Below the pieces are notes generated by a model that was not told the DNA's origin, did not search any database, and saw nothing but the letters and a program-made list of their open reading frames with translations. This document shows positions 37,142 through 46,600 of a stretch of 64,000 bases of DNA, piece by piece; the stretch's first letter is position 1, and every line of letters begins with the position of its first letter. This DNA is from an uncultured Bacteroidales bacterium (GTDB lineage: Bacteria; Bacteroidota; Bacteroidia; Bacteroidales; JAGOPY01). A program made the translations under genes and the position numbers. The stretch is from positions 22,484 to 86,483 of the forward strand of contig CAYUQP010000015.1 in assembly GCA_964447005.1 (NCBI GenBank), in the 5' to 3' direction.

Positions 37142-38656
37142 ATGAAACTCAAAAATCTTAAACTGCCGGCATCATTTTACAACTGGACATCCATCATTGG
37201 TGCCACCATTGCCCTGATCAGCCTGTTCATGATCGTGTTCCTCTTCGTGATCACATCGATCTTCAACCAGGGCGGGTCTTATATCGGCATTGTCATTTAT
37301 ATCGCGCTTCCTGCCCTGCTGGTCATCGGGCTCATCCTGATCCCCATCGGGATGATCATCAAATACAGGAAGAATAAAAAAGAAGTGAAAAAAGACCTGA
37401 GATGGCCGGCTTTTGATTTTAATGAGCCCAGGCAACGCAATGCATTCATGATCTTTGCAGTGGGATCCACCATTTTTCTGCTTCTTTCAGCGATTGGCAG
37501 TTATGAGGCGTTTCACTATACCGAATCGGTGGAATTCTGCGGCACCCTATGCCATGAAGTGATGAAACCTGAATACGTGGCCTACCAGAATTCACCCCAC
37601 GCACGGGTGGCCTGCGTGGAATGCCATGTCGGTGAAGGAGCGGACTGGTATGTGCGGTCAAAATTGTCGGGCCTTTACCAGGTGTATTCCGTCACATTCA
37701 ACCTGTATTCAAGGCCCATCGAGGTTCCCATCCGAAACCTGCGCCCCGCCATGGAAACCTGTGAAGAATGCCACTGGCCGGAGAAATTCTATGCCCGCCA
37801 GCTCAGGATCGAACGGCATTATCTTTCAAACAGCGAAAATACCGAGTGGGACATTCACCTGCAGATGAAGACCGGGCCCAGCCTCAGCGCTCTCGGTCTG
37901 CAGGAAGGCATCCACTGGCACATCAACCCCGATATTAAAGTGGAATATGTAGCTACGACCCATGATCGCGAGACCATTCCCTGGATACGCTACACGAACC
38001 TGAAAACCGGCGAGGTCCATGAATACATGGACACTTCCAACCCGATGGAACCAGGCCAGATGGATACGCTGGAGATCAGGCGGATGGACTGCATGGACTG
38101 CCATAACCGTCCGTCGCACAATTACCAGACCCCGATCTTTGCCATTAACAGCGCGATTACGGCGGGTCAGATCCCGAAAGAGCTGCCCGATATCAAATAC
38201 CAGGCGATGCAGGTCATGAACGGCGATTATTCAACGGAAGATTCGGCCATGATGGCTATCGAACAAGGTATCAATGAATACTATTCAATGGCTTACGAAG
38301 AATTGTACCAGGCAAAACCAGAACTGATAAAGCAGGCCATTGCAGGGATCCAGGACGCTTTTAAGAAAAATATCTTCCCCGAGATGAGGGTGAAATGGAG
38401 TGCTTACCCGAATCATATCGGGCACCTTGAATTCAATGGCTGCTTCCGCTGCCACAATAACAACCATGTGTCGGACGACGGCAGGGTGATCTCCATGGAT
38501 TGCAACCTATGCCATTCCATCGTTGCACAGGGAACGCCCGGCAATATGCAGGTCATCCAGGGCCTTGACGAATCGCTCGAGTTCTTCCATGTGGACGATC
38601 CCGACGGGAACTGGAAAGATGCGCTTTGCTCCGATTGCCACCGCGATTTATATTAA
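37142..38656 (+). CDS. ImcH-like NapC/NirT-family heptaheme inner-membrane cytochrome
   Basis: Three N-terminal TM helices; seven heme motifs (CGTLCH, CVECH, CEECH, CMDCH, CFRCH, CNLCH, CSDCH); 504 aa. Confidence 0.85.
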   Translation: MKLKNLKLPASFYNWTSIIGATIALISLFMIVFLFVITSIFNQGGSYIGIVIYIALPALLVIGLILIPIGMIIKYRKNKKEVKKDLRWPAFDFNEPRQRNAFMIFAVGSTIFLLLSAIGSYEAFHYTESVEFCGTLCHEVMKPEYVAYQNSPHARVACVECHVGEGADWYVRSKLSGLYQVYSVTFNLYSRPIEVPIRNLRPAMETCEECHWPEKFYARQLRIERHYLSNSENTEWDIHLQMKTGPSLSALGLQEGIHWHINPDIKVEYVATTHDRETIPWIRYTNLKTGEVHEYMDTSNPMEPGQMDTLEIRRMDCMDCHNRPSHNYQTPIFAINSAITAGQIPKELPDIKYQAMQVMNGDYSTEDSAMMAIEQGINEYYSMAYEELYQAKPELIKQAIAGIQDAFKKNIFPEMRVKWSAYPNHIGHLEFNGCFRCHNNNHVSDDGRVISMDCNLCHSIVAQGTPGNMQVIQGLDESLEFFHVDDPDGNWKDALCSDCHRDLY

Positions 38657-38743
38657 TCGAAGGGGTAATCCATACTATTCACTGGGCTTTTTTCGTTTTA
38701 TATCCTATCTTTGCTGATTAATGCTTAAACGGTATCCCGTATC

Positions 38744-39415
38744 ATGAAAAAAATCATTCTCTTATCGTTATTCATCATTCCTCTGTTTGTCCTTTCCCAG
38801 GAAAAAAACACCAAGATCGGTGAAACCACTGTCCGGCGAGTCAGTGTTGGCGCTGAGATCTACCAGGATTTCTGGATGAACTGGCCCAAAGGGATGAATG
38901 TCCGTGCCATCAACCAGGGCGCCGGAGGATTTGTCATGTATAATATCCCCCTGGGAGAAAGCCCGCTCAGCTTTTCGATCGGCGCCGGGCTGGGTTTTCA
39001 TAACCTGTTCAGCAACACGGTGATCGACAATATTCATGCCGATACCATTAGCTTCACGCCAATACCCGACTCGATCAGTTATAAGAAAAGCAAGCTGGGC
39101 CTTTCCTATCTCGACTTCCCGATTGAGCTGAGGCTTGTCACAAAAGATAAACTAAGGTTTTCCGTAGGTGTAAAACTCGGCTACAACCTGGATGCCAAAA
39201 CCAAGTATAAAGGCAATGACCTGGACGGAAACCTGAGCACGGTGAAATACAGGAAAGTGGAACATATTGACAAATTACGGTTCGGGCCGACCATCCGGTT
39301 TGGTTATGACTGGTTCCAGATCATGGGGTATTTTTCGGTGACCCAGGTGTTTGAAAAAGGACTTGGCCCGGAAGTTTACCCGATTTCAGTCGGGTTCACC
39401 TTCATGCCATTCTGA
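38744..39415 (+). CDS. Outer-membrane beta-barrel (PorT/porin-family-like)
   Basis: Signal peptide, YLDFPIELR motif, C-terminal Phe; own promoter TATCTTTG at 38706-38713. Confidence 0.75.
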   Translation: MKKIILLSLFIIPLFVLSQEKNTKIGETTVRRVSVGAEIYQDFWMNWPKGMNVRAINQGAGGFVMYNIPLGESPLSFSIGAGLGFHNLFSNTVIDNIHADTISFTPIPDSISYKKSKLGLSYLDFPIELRLVTKDKLRFSVGVKLGYNLDAKTKYKGNDLDGNLSTVKYRKVEHIDKLRFGPTIRFGYDWFQIMGYFSVTQVFEKGLGPEVYPISVGFTFMPF

Positions 39416-39432
39416 TCCGTCTTAATTCCTGT

Positions 39433-40047
39433 TCAGGATCTGTAAAGGAAAAAGGACAGGATGGTAAAAAATCCGAGCAAAAATCCCGCGTAGACCTGCC
39501 ATGGCGTATGTGCCTGCAGTTTCAGCCTGGCGAAGCCGACTAGTCCCGCCGACAGAACAGTGAACATCAGGAGCATAAAATAGAAGGTGCCGAGAAAATA
39601 GGACAAGCCCAGCACCATCCCTGCCATTGCCCCCACAGAAGCCATATGACTGCTGATCTTCCAGAAAAAATTGATCCCCATGACAAGTATGTTCAGCAGG
39701 GTGGCCCCGATGACGAAATAGTAATAGACCGGGGATATCTGGAGTTTTTTAAGAATATAATAAGTAAGGTAAAAGAAAACGATGCTGATGATGTAAGGCA
39801 TGGTCCGGTCTTCCCTTTTGGACAGGAAAGTAGTGGTGACCATCCCGGTTTTGATCATAATAAAAATAAAAAGTGTGGGTAGAAGGCAGGTAGTCAGGAA
39901 GATAAGTCCGATCACCATCCACTTCGCTTCGACCGGCATCAGTGCTGAGAAATACGCGGGCATGGTCAGCAAAATGGCGAAAGCGTAAGTCGGGACGAAT
40001 AACGGGTAAAAAATGACAGATATTACCTGGGCAATGCGTTTTTCCAT
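39433..40047 (-). CDS. PAP2-superfamily-like membrane protein
   Basis: WKISSHM, ARLKLQAHTPWQVYAG; promoter element at 40065-40072 supports the MEKRI start. Confidence 0.7.
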   Translation of the reverse strand: MEKRIAQVISVIFYPLFVPTYAFAILLTMPAYFSALMPVEAKWMVIGLIFLTTCLLPTLFIFIMIKTGMVTTTFLSKREDRTMPYIISIVFFYLTYYILKKLQISPVYYYFVIGATLLNILVMGINFFWKISSHMASVGAMAGMVLGLSYFLGTFYFMLLMFTVLSAGLVGFARLKLQAHTPWQVYAGFLLGFFTILSFFLYRS

Positions 40048-40084
40048 TGGAAAAAATTGAGGCGCAAAAGTAATGCTTTTTGGA

Positions 40085-41572
40085 TTATAGTTCTTTCCGC
40101 AACCTTGCAACAGGGATATTTAGCTGTTCGCGGTATTTGGCCACGGTGCGGCGGGCAATGTTGTATCCTTTGTCTTTCAGGATTTCGGTGAGCTGCTCGT
40201 CGGTAAGCGGTTTGCCCTTGTCTTCAGCGTTGATGAAATCTGAAAGTATTTTTTTGATCTCACGGGTGGAGACCTCTTCGCCGGAGTCTTTCTGCATCGA
40301 TTCGGAGAAGAAGGTTTTCAGCAAAAAGGTCCCGAAAGGCGTCTGGACGTACTTGCTGTTGGCCACGCGGGAAATGGTGGAAATATCCAGGTTCACTTTC
40401 TCCGCTATATCTTTGAGGATCATCGGCTTGAGCGTAGTTTCATCGCCGGTCCGGAAGTACTCATCCTGGTAATCCATGATGGCCCGCATGGTGACATACA
40501 GCGTATTCTGCCGCTGTTTGATGGCGTCGATGAACCATTTGGCCGAGTCGATCTTCTGCTTGACGAACATCATCGCCTCTTTTCCTTTGCTGTGCTTATT
40601 TTCCGAATACAGCTCCATCATATCCAGGTAAGTCCTGTTGATGCGCAGCTCGGGAGCGTTTCGGGAGTTCAGCGTGAGTTCCAGCTCGCCGTCGATGTTT
40701 CTGACCGAAAAATCAGGGATAACGTAATTGTTGATCCGTGTGGTTTCGCTGACCGAATCGCCGGGTTTGGGGTTCAGCTTGAGGATCTCCTGGACGGCGC
40801 TTTTGAGGTCTTCTTCTGACAACCTGGATTTCTTTAGTATTTTATCGTAATGTTTCCGGGTGAATTCATCGAAATTTCGTTCCAGAATCAACTCGGCATT
40901 TTCGACGTCCCGTGTGCGGTCATCCTGTCGTCGTAACTGGATCAGGAGGCATTCCTGGAGGTTTCGGGCCCCGATGCCCGGAGGGTCGAGCTCCTGGACG
41001 ACCTTCAGCACTTCCAGGATCTCTTCCTTTGTCGTCTCGAGCCCTTGTGAGAAAGCCAGGTCGTCGGTCATGGCGCTGATGTCACGCTGCAAATATCCCG
41101 CATCATCAAGGTTGCCGATGATCGTCAGCCCGATCTGGTATTGCTTCTCGGTAAGTTCCCTCAGGCCGAGTTGCGCGATGAGGAATTCCTGGAAGCTGGT
41201 TCCGGCAGCATAAGGCATATCGCGCTGCTCGTCGTCAGGCCCCTGGTTGTTGGCAGCCATCCTGTAGGCCGGGATATCGTCCTCATCGAGATAGTCGTTA
41301 AAATCAAACTCATCGTCCGGGCTTTTCTCTTTGAAGTCATCTGTTTCGCCGTCTTCATCAGCGCCCAGGGGCGAGTCGTCCATGTCCCCGAAATCATCTT
41401 CCTCCTGGTTATCTGCAGAGTCCTCGGGCATTTCAAGGGCGGGATTTTCCTCAATTTCCTGCTTGATCCTTTGTTCCAGCGCCATGGAAGGGATCTGCAG
41501 CAGCTTCATCAGCAGGATCTGCTGAGGGGAAAGCTTCTGTAACAACTTTTGCTGCAGGCGCTGGTTCAACAT
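40085..41572 (-). CDS. rpoN: RNA polymerase sigma-54 factor
   Basis: Q-rich region I, LKDIAE...STISRV HTH, RpoN box ARRTVAKYRE. Confidence 0.98.
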   Translation of the reverse strand: MLNQRLQQKLLQKLSPQQILLMKLLQIPSMALEQRIKQEIEENPALEMPEDSADNQEEDDFGDMDDSPLGADEDGETDDFKEKSPDDEFDFNDYLDEDDIPAYRMAANNQGPDDEQRDMPYAAGTSFQEFLIAQLGLRELTEKQYQIGLTIIGNLDDAGYLQRDISAMTDDLAFSQGLETTKEEILEVLKVVQELDPPGIGARNLQECLLIQLRRQDDRTRDVENAELILERNFDEFTRKHYDKILKKSRLSEEDLKSAVQEILKLNPKPGDSVSETTRINNYVIPDFSVRNIDGELELTLNSRNAPELRINRTYLDMMELYSENKHSKGKEAMMFVKQKIDSAKWFIDAIKQRQNTLYVTMRAIMDYQDEYFRTGDETTLKPMILKDIAEKVNLDISTISRVANSKYVQTPFGTFLLKTFFSESMQKDSGEEVSTREIKKILSDFINAEDKGKPLTDEQLTEILKDKGYNIARRTVAKYREQLNIPVARLRKEL

Positions 41573-41707
41573 AAGGGATGTATCTTTTTGTTGTTTTAAA
41601 GATACAAAAATATTAATTACCGCTTACATGGCTACATTGTTAAACTGTTAAATTGTTCTATTGCTCAATTGTTATTTTCTATCCAGTATCGTGATTTGGT
41701 TATCGGA

Positions 41708-41790
41708 TGGTCAGGTGGTCAGGTGGTCAGGTGGTCAGGTGGTCAGGTGGTCGGGTGGTCAGGTGGTCAAGTGGTCAGGTGGTCAGGTGG
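41708..41790. repeat. (TGGTCAGG)10 octamer tandem repeat
   Basis: Ten units, two with single substitutions, ending 5 nt before the IS left end. Confidence 0.95.
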
Positions 41791-41845
41791 ATAAATGTCT
41801 TGTCCTGAAATAGGTTTACAGGAAAAGTAAACTTAAAACAGGATT

Positions 41846-42223
41846 ATGAAAACAAAAACTTACCGTTTTCCGAACGAATTTAAATTAAAAGTTGTTCAGG
41901 AGTACCTAAGCACAAGTATGAGTCAGAAGGAACTCATGGAGAAGTATAAAATTCGCGGTCCTAACACAATTAAGTTATGGATGCGTAAATTTGATCTTCA
42001 GTTGCCCAGTCAGCAACAAATAGAATTACAGCGCATGATGTCAAAGGAAAAAGAAAAGACACCCTATGAGCGGGAACTGGAGGCAAAGGTCAAGCAGTTG
42101 GAGTACCAGTTGGAGGATGAGAAACTGCGTACCCTGGCCCTGAGCACGATGATAGACCTTGCCGAGAAGGAGTTCAAGATCCCGATCAGAAAAAAATCTG
42201 GGGCCAAACCGTCGAAGTCATAA
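41846..42223 (+). CDS. IS3 transposase OrfA (HTH)
   Basis: FKLKVVQEYL HTH, coiled coil, A7 slippery site at 42190-42196. Confidence 0.9.
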   Translation: MKTKTYRFPNEFKLKVVQEYLSTSMSQKELMEKYKIRGPNTIKLWMRKFDLQLPSQQQIELQRMMSKEKEKTPYERELEAKVKQLEYQLEDEKLRTLALSTMIDLAEKEFKIPIRKKSGAKPSKS

Positions 42224-42246
42224 AACACGATCATTCCCAACAAGGC

Positions 42247-43134
42247 ATGGAAAAATTGTGTCGATTGTTTGGCCACAGCAGGCAGGCCTATTATCAAAAC
42301 CGCAAGTACGATCACCAGCAGTCCCTTGATGAAGAGATCATCCTGGAGATGGTTCGCGATAAACGAAAGCTCATGAGCCGGATAGGGGCCCGAAAGCTCC
42401 TGGAGATGATCTTGCCCGGACTTCAGCAACAAGGAATGGACATCGGAAGGGATGCTTTCTTTGATCTGCTTCGCGACCAGGGATTGCTGATCCGCAAGAG
42501 AAAAAGGAAAGTGATCACCACCTATTCCCGGCATTGGTTGAAGAAGTACCCCAACCTGATCAAGGACCTTGTGATAGACCGGCCGAATCAGGTATGGGTA
42601 TCAGATATTACTTATATTGAGACGGACCAGGGATTTATGTATTTGTTTCTGATCACTGATGCGTATTCACGAAAGATCTTGGGCTACTATTTATCAGAGG
42701 ATCTCAAGACCACCGGTGCGATCAAGGCGCTGGAGATGGCTTTTGCAAACAGCCTTTATCCTCTGAATGGCCTCATTCATCACTCAGATCGGGGCATCCA
42801 GTATTGTTCCGGAGATTATGTAGCACTTCTTCAGCAGAATCATGTGCAGATTAGCATGACTGCCAAAGGCGATCCCCGGGAAAATGCAATTGCTGAACGA
42901 GTGAACGGCATCTTAAAAGATGAATGGATACATCATACCCATTATAAAACCAAGGCTGAAGCCAGGAAGCATCTGGATGCAATCATCCCCATCTATAATA
43001 ACATCCGGCCTCACGCAAGTTGTGACATGCTGACCCCTGAGAAATCATATTTGACTACAGGTGTTCTAAAAAAACGCTGGAAAACATATCCCAGAAAGAA
43101 ATCAACAATGCAATTGCAAGAAGCCGCATCGTAA
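42247..43134 (+). CDS. IS3 transposase OrfB (DDE integrase core), -1 frame relative to orfA
   Basis: WVSDITY, HHSDRGIQY, ENAIAERVNGILKDE; the -1 frame is open from the A7 site. Confidence 0.93.
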   Translation: MEKLCRLFGHSRQAYYQNRKYDHQQSLDEEIILEMVRDKRKLMSRIGARKLLEMILPGLQQQGMDIGRDAFFDLLRDQGLLIRKRKRKVITTYSRHWLKKYPNLIKDLVIDRPNQVWVSDITYIETDQGFMYLFLITDAYSRKILGYYLSEDLKTTGAIKALEMAFANSLYPLNGLIHHSDRGIQYCSGDYVALLQQNHVQISMTAKGDPRENAIAERVNGILKDEWIHHTHYKTKAEARKHLDAIIPIYNNIRPHASCDMLTPEKSYLTTGVLKKRWKTYPRKKSTMQLQEAAS

Positions 43135-43531
43135 TCTGCTGTTATACAATCCGGTATAACATGATTAACAAAATTGCGAGTTATGAACAAAGAAAAAAGA
43201 AGCAAAAAAGAAAAATTACATAAAACATCATGTAAATTTATCTCAGGATTAAATCAAAAAGTGTAAACATTTTTTAGGACGAGACAAAATATTCCAAAAA
43301 AATCGCGAAGCGACGACCGATAATAGCCCCGGACGCCAGTCCGGGGAAAAAAGAGCGCAACATCCGATGAAAGTGCCAGATGCACGAAACAAAAGAATCC
43401 TTAATTAACAATCAGCTAATTTCCTGAACCTGAGTCAGAAAATTATCAACACATCTTGCTTTTTGCCATTTATTATCGTATTTTCGTATTTTCCATTTCA
43501 TTTAACCTTCCAACCAAAACCAATTGATCCA

Positions 43532-43696
43532 ATGAAATGGTATAACCAAATACCGCATTTCCGTAGAGAGAGAGAGAGAGAGAGTTTAGATCATCTCGCT
43601 CCCCTCCTGAATAAAGACCCTCCTTTATTAAAATTCACATTATTCAAGCTTAATAATCAATTAATTAATCGAAATCCTTTAATCTATTCAATATGA
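43532..43696 (+). other. Putative 54-aa leader ORF containing (AG)10, with its stop overlapping the S8 start (ATGA)
   Basis: ATG at 43532; (AG)10 at 43565-43584 encodes RERERES; TGA at 43694-43696. Confidence 0.4.
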
Positions 43697-46600
43697 AAAA
43701 GATATTTATATTACTAATATTTGTGTCTCCGATTTACATGAATTCAACTTGTGCCATGATTTATATTGTTGGTAATGATACCCTTCATTTTGACAATGAA
43801 AATTACTATCAAATTGTGCTTGCAGATACATTCTATATTGATTCCACCAGAGTATTCGTTAAATATTACAATCAAGCAAGTAGTTATGATAAAGTATCAA
43901 TTGAAATAAAGTATAATTTGAGTAAAGAGAAAGAATATAATTCCATCGGATGGATATGTTATTCGTTAAGCCAGTCAAACAGATCTTTTATCGGTATTTT
44001 ATCGGATTTAAATAATGAAAGTATTATTGATCAAGTAGATTTGAACACATCAGTTTATTATGCATGCGATGCTTTGGAACCTTCTGATGACGATTTTAAT
44101 GACCAGTGGTATTTGGAACGAATTCAAGCTCCAAGTGCATGGGCTTTGACTACAGGTGATCCCAATATTATCGTAGCTATTATAGATGATGGATTTGACT
44201 GGACACATGCAGATCTTGGACCCGGAAATGATAATTACGACAATATTTATCTTAACCAGGATTTAAATCCCATTCCCACCCACGGCGAAGATCCATGGGA
44301 TGATTGGGATGATCCAACTACCGGCGATAAAGATGATAATGAAGGAAATGACTGTGAAGATGACTGGAAAGGATGGGGAGAAATGTATCTTGAGCAAGGT
44401 GGATATACTGATGGAAATGATGTTAGAAATTATAGTTATCAATTTTTAAAAGATGAATTAGGCGATGATGATGATGCAGATGCACTTTGGAAGCATGGAA
44501 CATTTATTGCAGGTATAATTGGTGCGAAAACAAATAACGAGGAAGGTATTTCAGGCATAGCAGGTGGTTGGGGAAATAAAGGGATATCTTTAGTTCTCTT
44601 TAAAAAGGGTATATGCTGTGATGGACAACCAATGAGTCAAAATGTTGTACAAGGTATTTTATATGCAGTTGATGATTTGCCTTATTCGCAAAAGGCACAG
44701 ATAATTGAAATGCCGTTTATGGTAAATGATTGGAATAATATAATCCATGAAGCAATTGATCATGCTATTGAGAAGGGAGCATTTTTAGTGGCAGCCGCAG
44801 GAAATCATGCTTCTGGCGGCCAGTGGTACGTTACCTATCCCGCAAGTGACCCGGATGTTTTTGCTGTTGGTGCCACAGACCATTATGATATCAGAAAAAT
44901 CAATTCAAATTATGGTCCAGATCATCAACTTGATTTATGTGCTCCAGGTGATGATATATTGAGTCTTGTACCCCAAGATGGTCATGATGATGATGGTTAT
45001 CAAACTATTGAAGGAAAAACATCTGCAGCCTCAGCAATGGTAGCTGGTACAGCAGCACTGATGCTTTCAGTGAATCCGGAGCTGACCAATCTTCAAATCG
45101 CTCAAATACTGAGAGATTCTGCAGATAAAGGGGAATATTATATTTACGATGAAGGTTATAATCCTGAGATCGGTTATGGAAGGCTGAATGCTTACAGATC
45201 CGTATGTGGAGCAATGGCTCTGGCCGAAGACTGGGAAATTTCCAACGGCACAATAATCTTGGATTCTGACAGATCGTTTATGAACTCGATTTATATTAAA
45301 GATGGAGCCACATTGACTATTACTGCTAAGATAGAATTTGGACCTGAGGCTAAACTGGTTGTAGAACAGGGCGGAACATTAATTATAGATGGTGGAACTC
45401 TTACTAATATGAAGTGTTGCGGTTACGAGTTCACCAATTGGCCCGGCATCCAGGTATGGGGAGATAGATTTGCTTCACAGTATGCGCCTGGCGCACAGGG
45501 AAAACTGATCGTTAATAGCGGCACTATAGAAAATGCCCTGCTAGCGGTCGATCTCTGGAAACCTGGTACCACCGATATGACGGGAGGTATCATTGAAGCG
45601 CATGATGCCCTGTTTTTAAACAATGCCAAATCGGTGCGTGCCATATATTACCGTAATTTTAATCCCGATTATCCGAACCTGGAAATGGATTATTACAGCA
45701 ACTTTGATGATTGTTCATTTATACTGGATGACCAATATTTTGGGACCGCATTATTTGAGAAGCATGTTGATCTTGCTCAAGTCAGAGGACTTAAGTTTTA
45801 TGGCTGTACCTTCTCACTTGATCACACTGCAGAGTTTGTTTCATATCATAGTATTGGTATAGCAGCCTATAATGCCGGTTTCTATATACTTCCTACTTGT
45901 ACGACCCAGGTCATACCGTGTCCGGTAATTGACAGTTGCTGGTTCAATGGATTTAATTTTGCAATTGGCGTATGGACTCCAGCCCAGCTGACTGATCATC
46001 CCATTTTAATAACAAATGCTCACTTCGATAACAACAGCACAGGTGTTTATATTAATGACCATGATTATACGGTAATTCTGGAAAACTTCTTTGAAGCAGG
46101 CTATGATGATCCCTATCATGGTAATTGTGATTTCGCCGATGGAGTAGGAGTTGATATTCATCAATCAAATGGTTTCATTGTTGAAAACAATAAACTCCGT
46201 AAAAATAGCCTGGCAACCAGTGGTAATTATGCAGGAATAAGAGTTAAGGATTGTCCTTCTGAGCACGATATCATTTATAAAAATGAATTCGACGGCCTGA
46301 GTTATGGAAATTATGCGGAGGGAACTAATCGGTTAAGCCCTCGGGATGATGAAACAGGTATAGAGTATCAATGCAATTGTAATTCTCATAATGCTGTGGA
46401 TTTTATGGTACAGTTCATCGGAACGGATACTGCCGGAGCGATGATACGCGGTTGGCATGGTGATCAGAATAATGCTTCTGGGAATGTTTTTTCAAGGTAC
46501 ACACCTTCAGTAATGCACTTTAGCAACAGAGGAAAAAGTACAATCAATTATTACTTCTGTGATCCATGCACAGATGAAGAGCCAATAAATATTTTCACCT

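Larger units (their letters stand above)
41796..43286 (+). mobile_element. IS3-family insertion sequence (1491 bp), apparently intact
   Basis: TG...CA ends; 25-bp inverted repeats at 41796-41820 and 43262-43286 (4 mismatches); AAA 3-bp flanking duplication; orfA and orfB. Confidence 0.93.

Noticed and set aside
32941-38656. NrfAH nitrite reductase interpretation
   Set aside because: No CxxCK active-site heme, and the NapC/NirT protein is a 504-aa heptaheme rather than a tetraheme NrfH; another soluble acceptor cannot be fully excluded
38744-39415. Second porin of the electron conduit
   Set aside because: It has its own promoter, is a small generic barrel, and belongs to the usual rpoN neighbourhood
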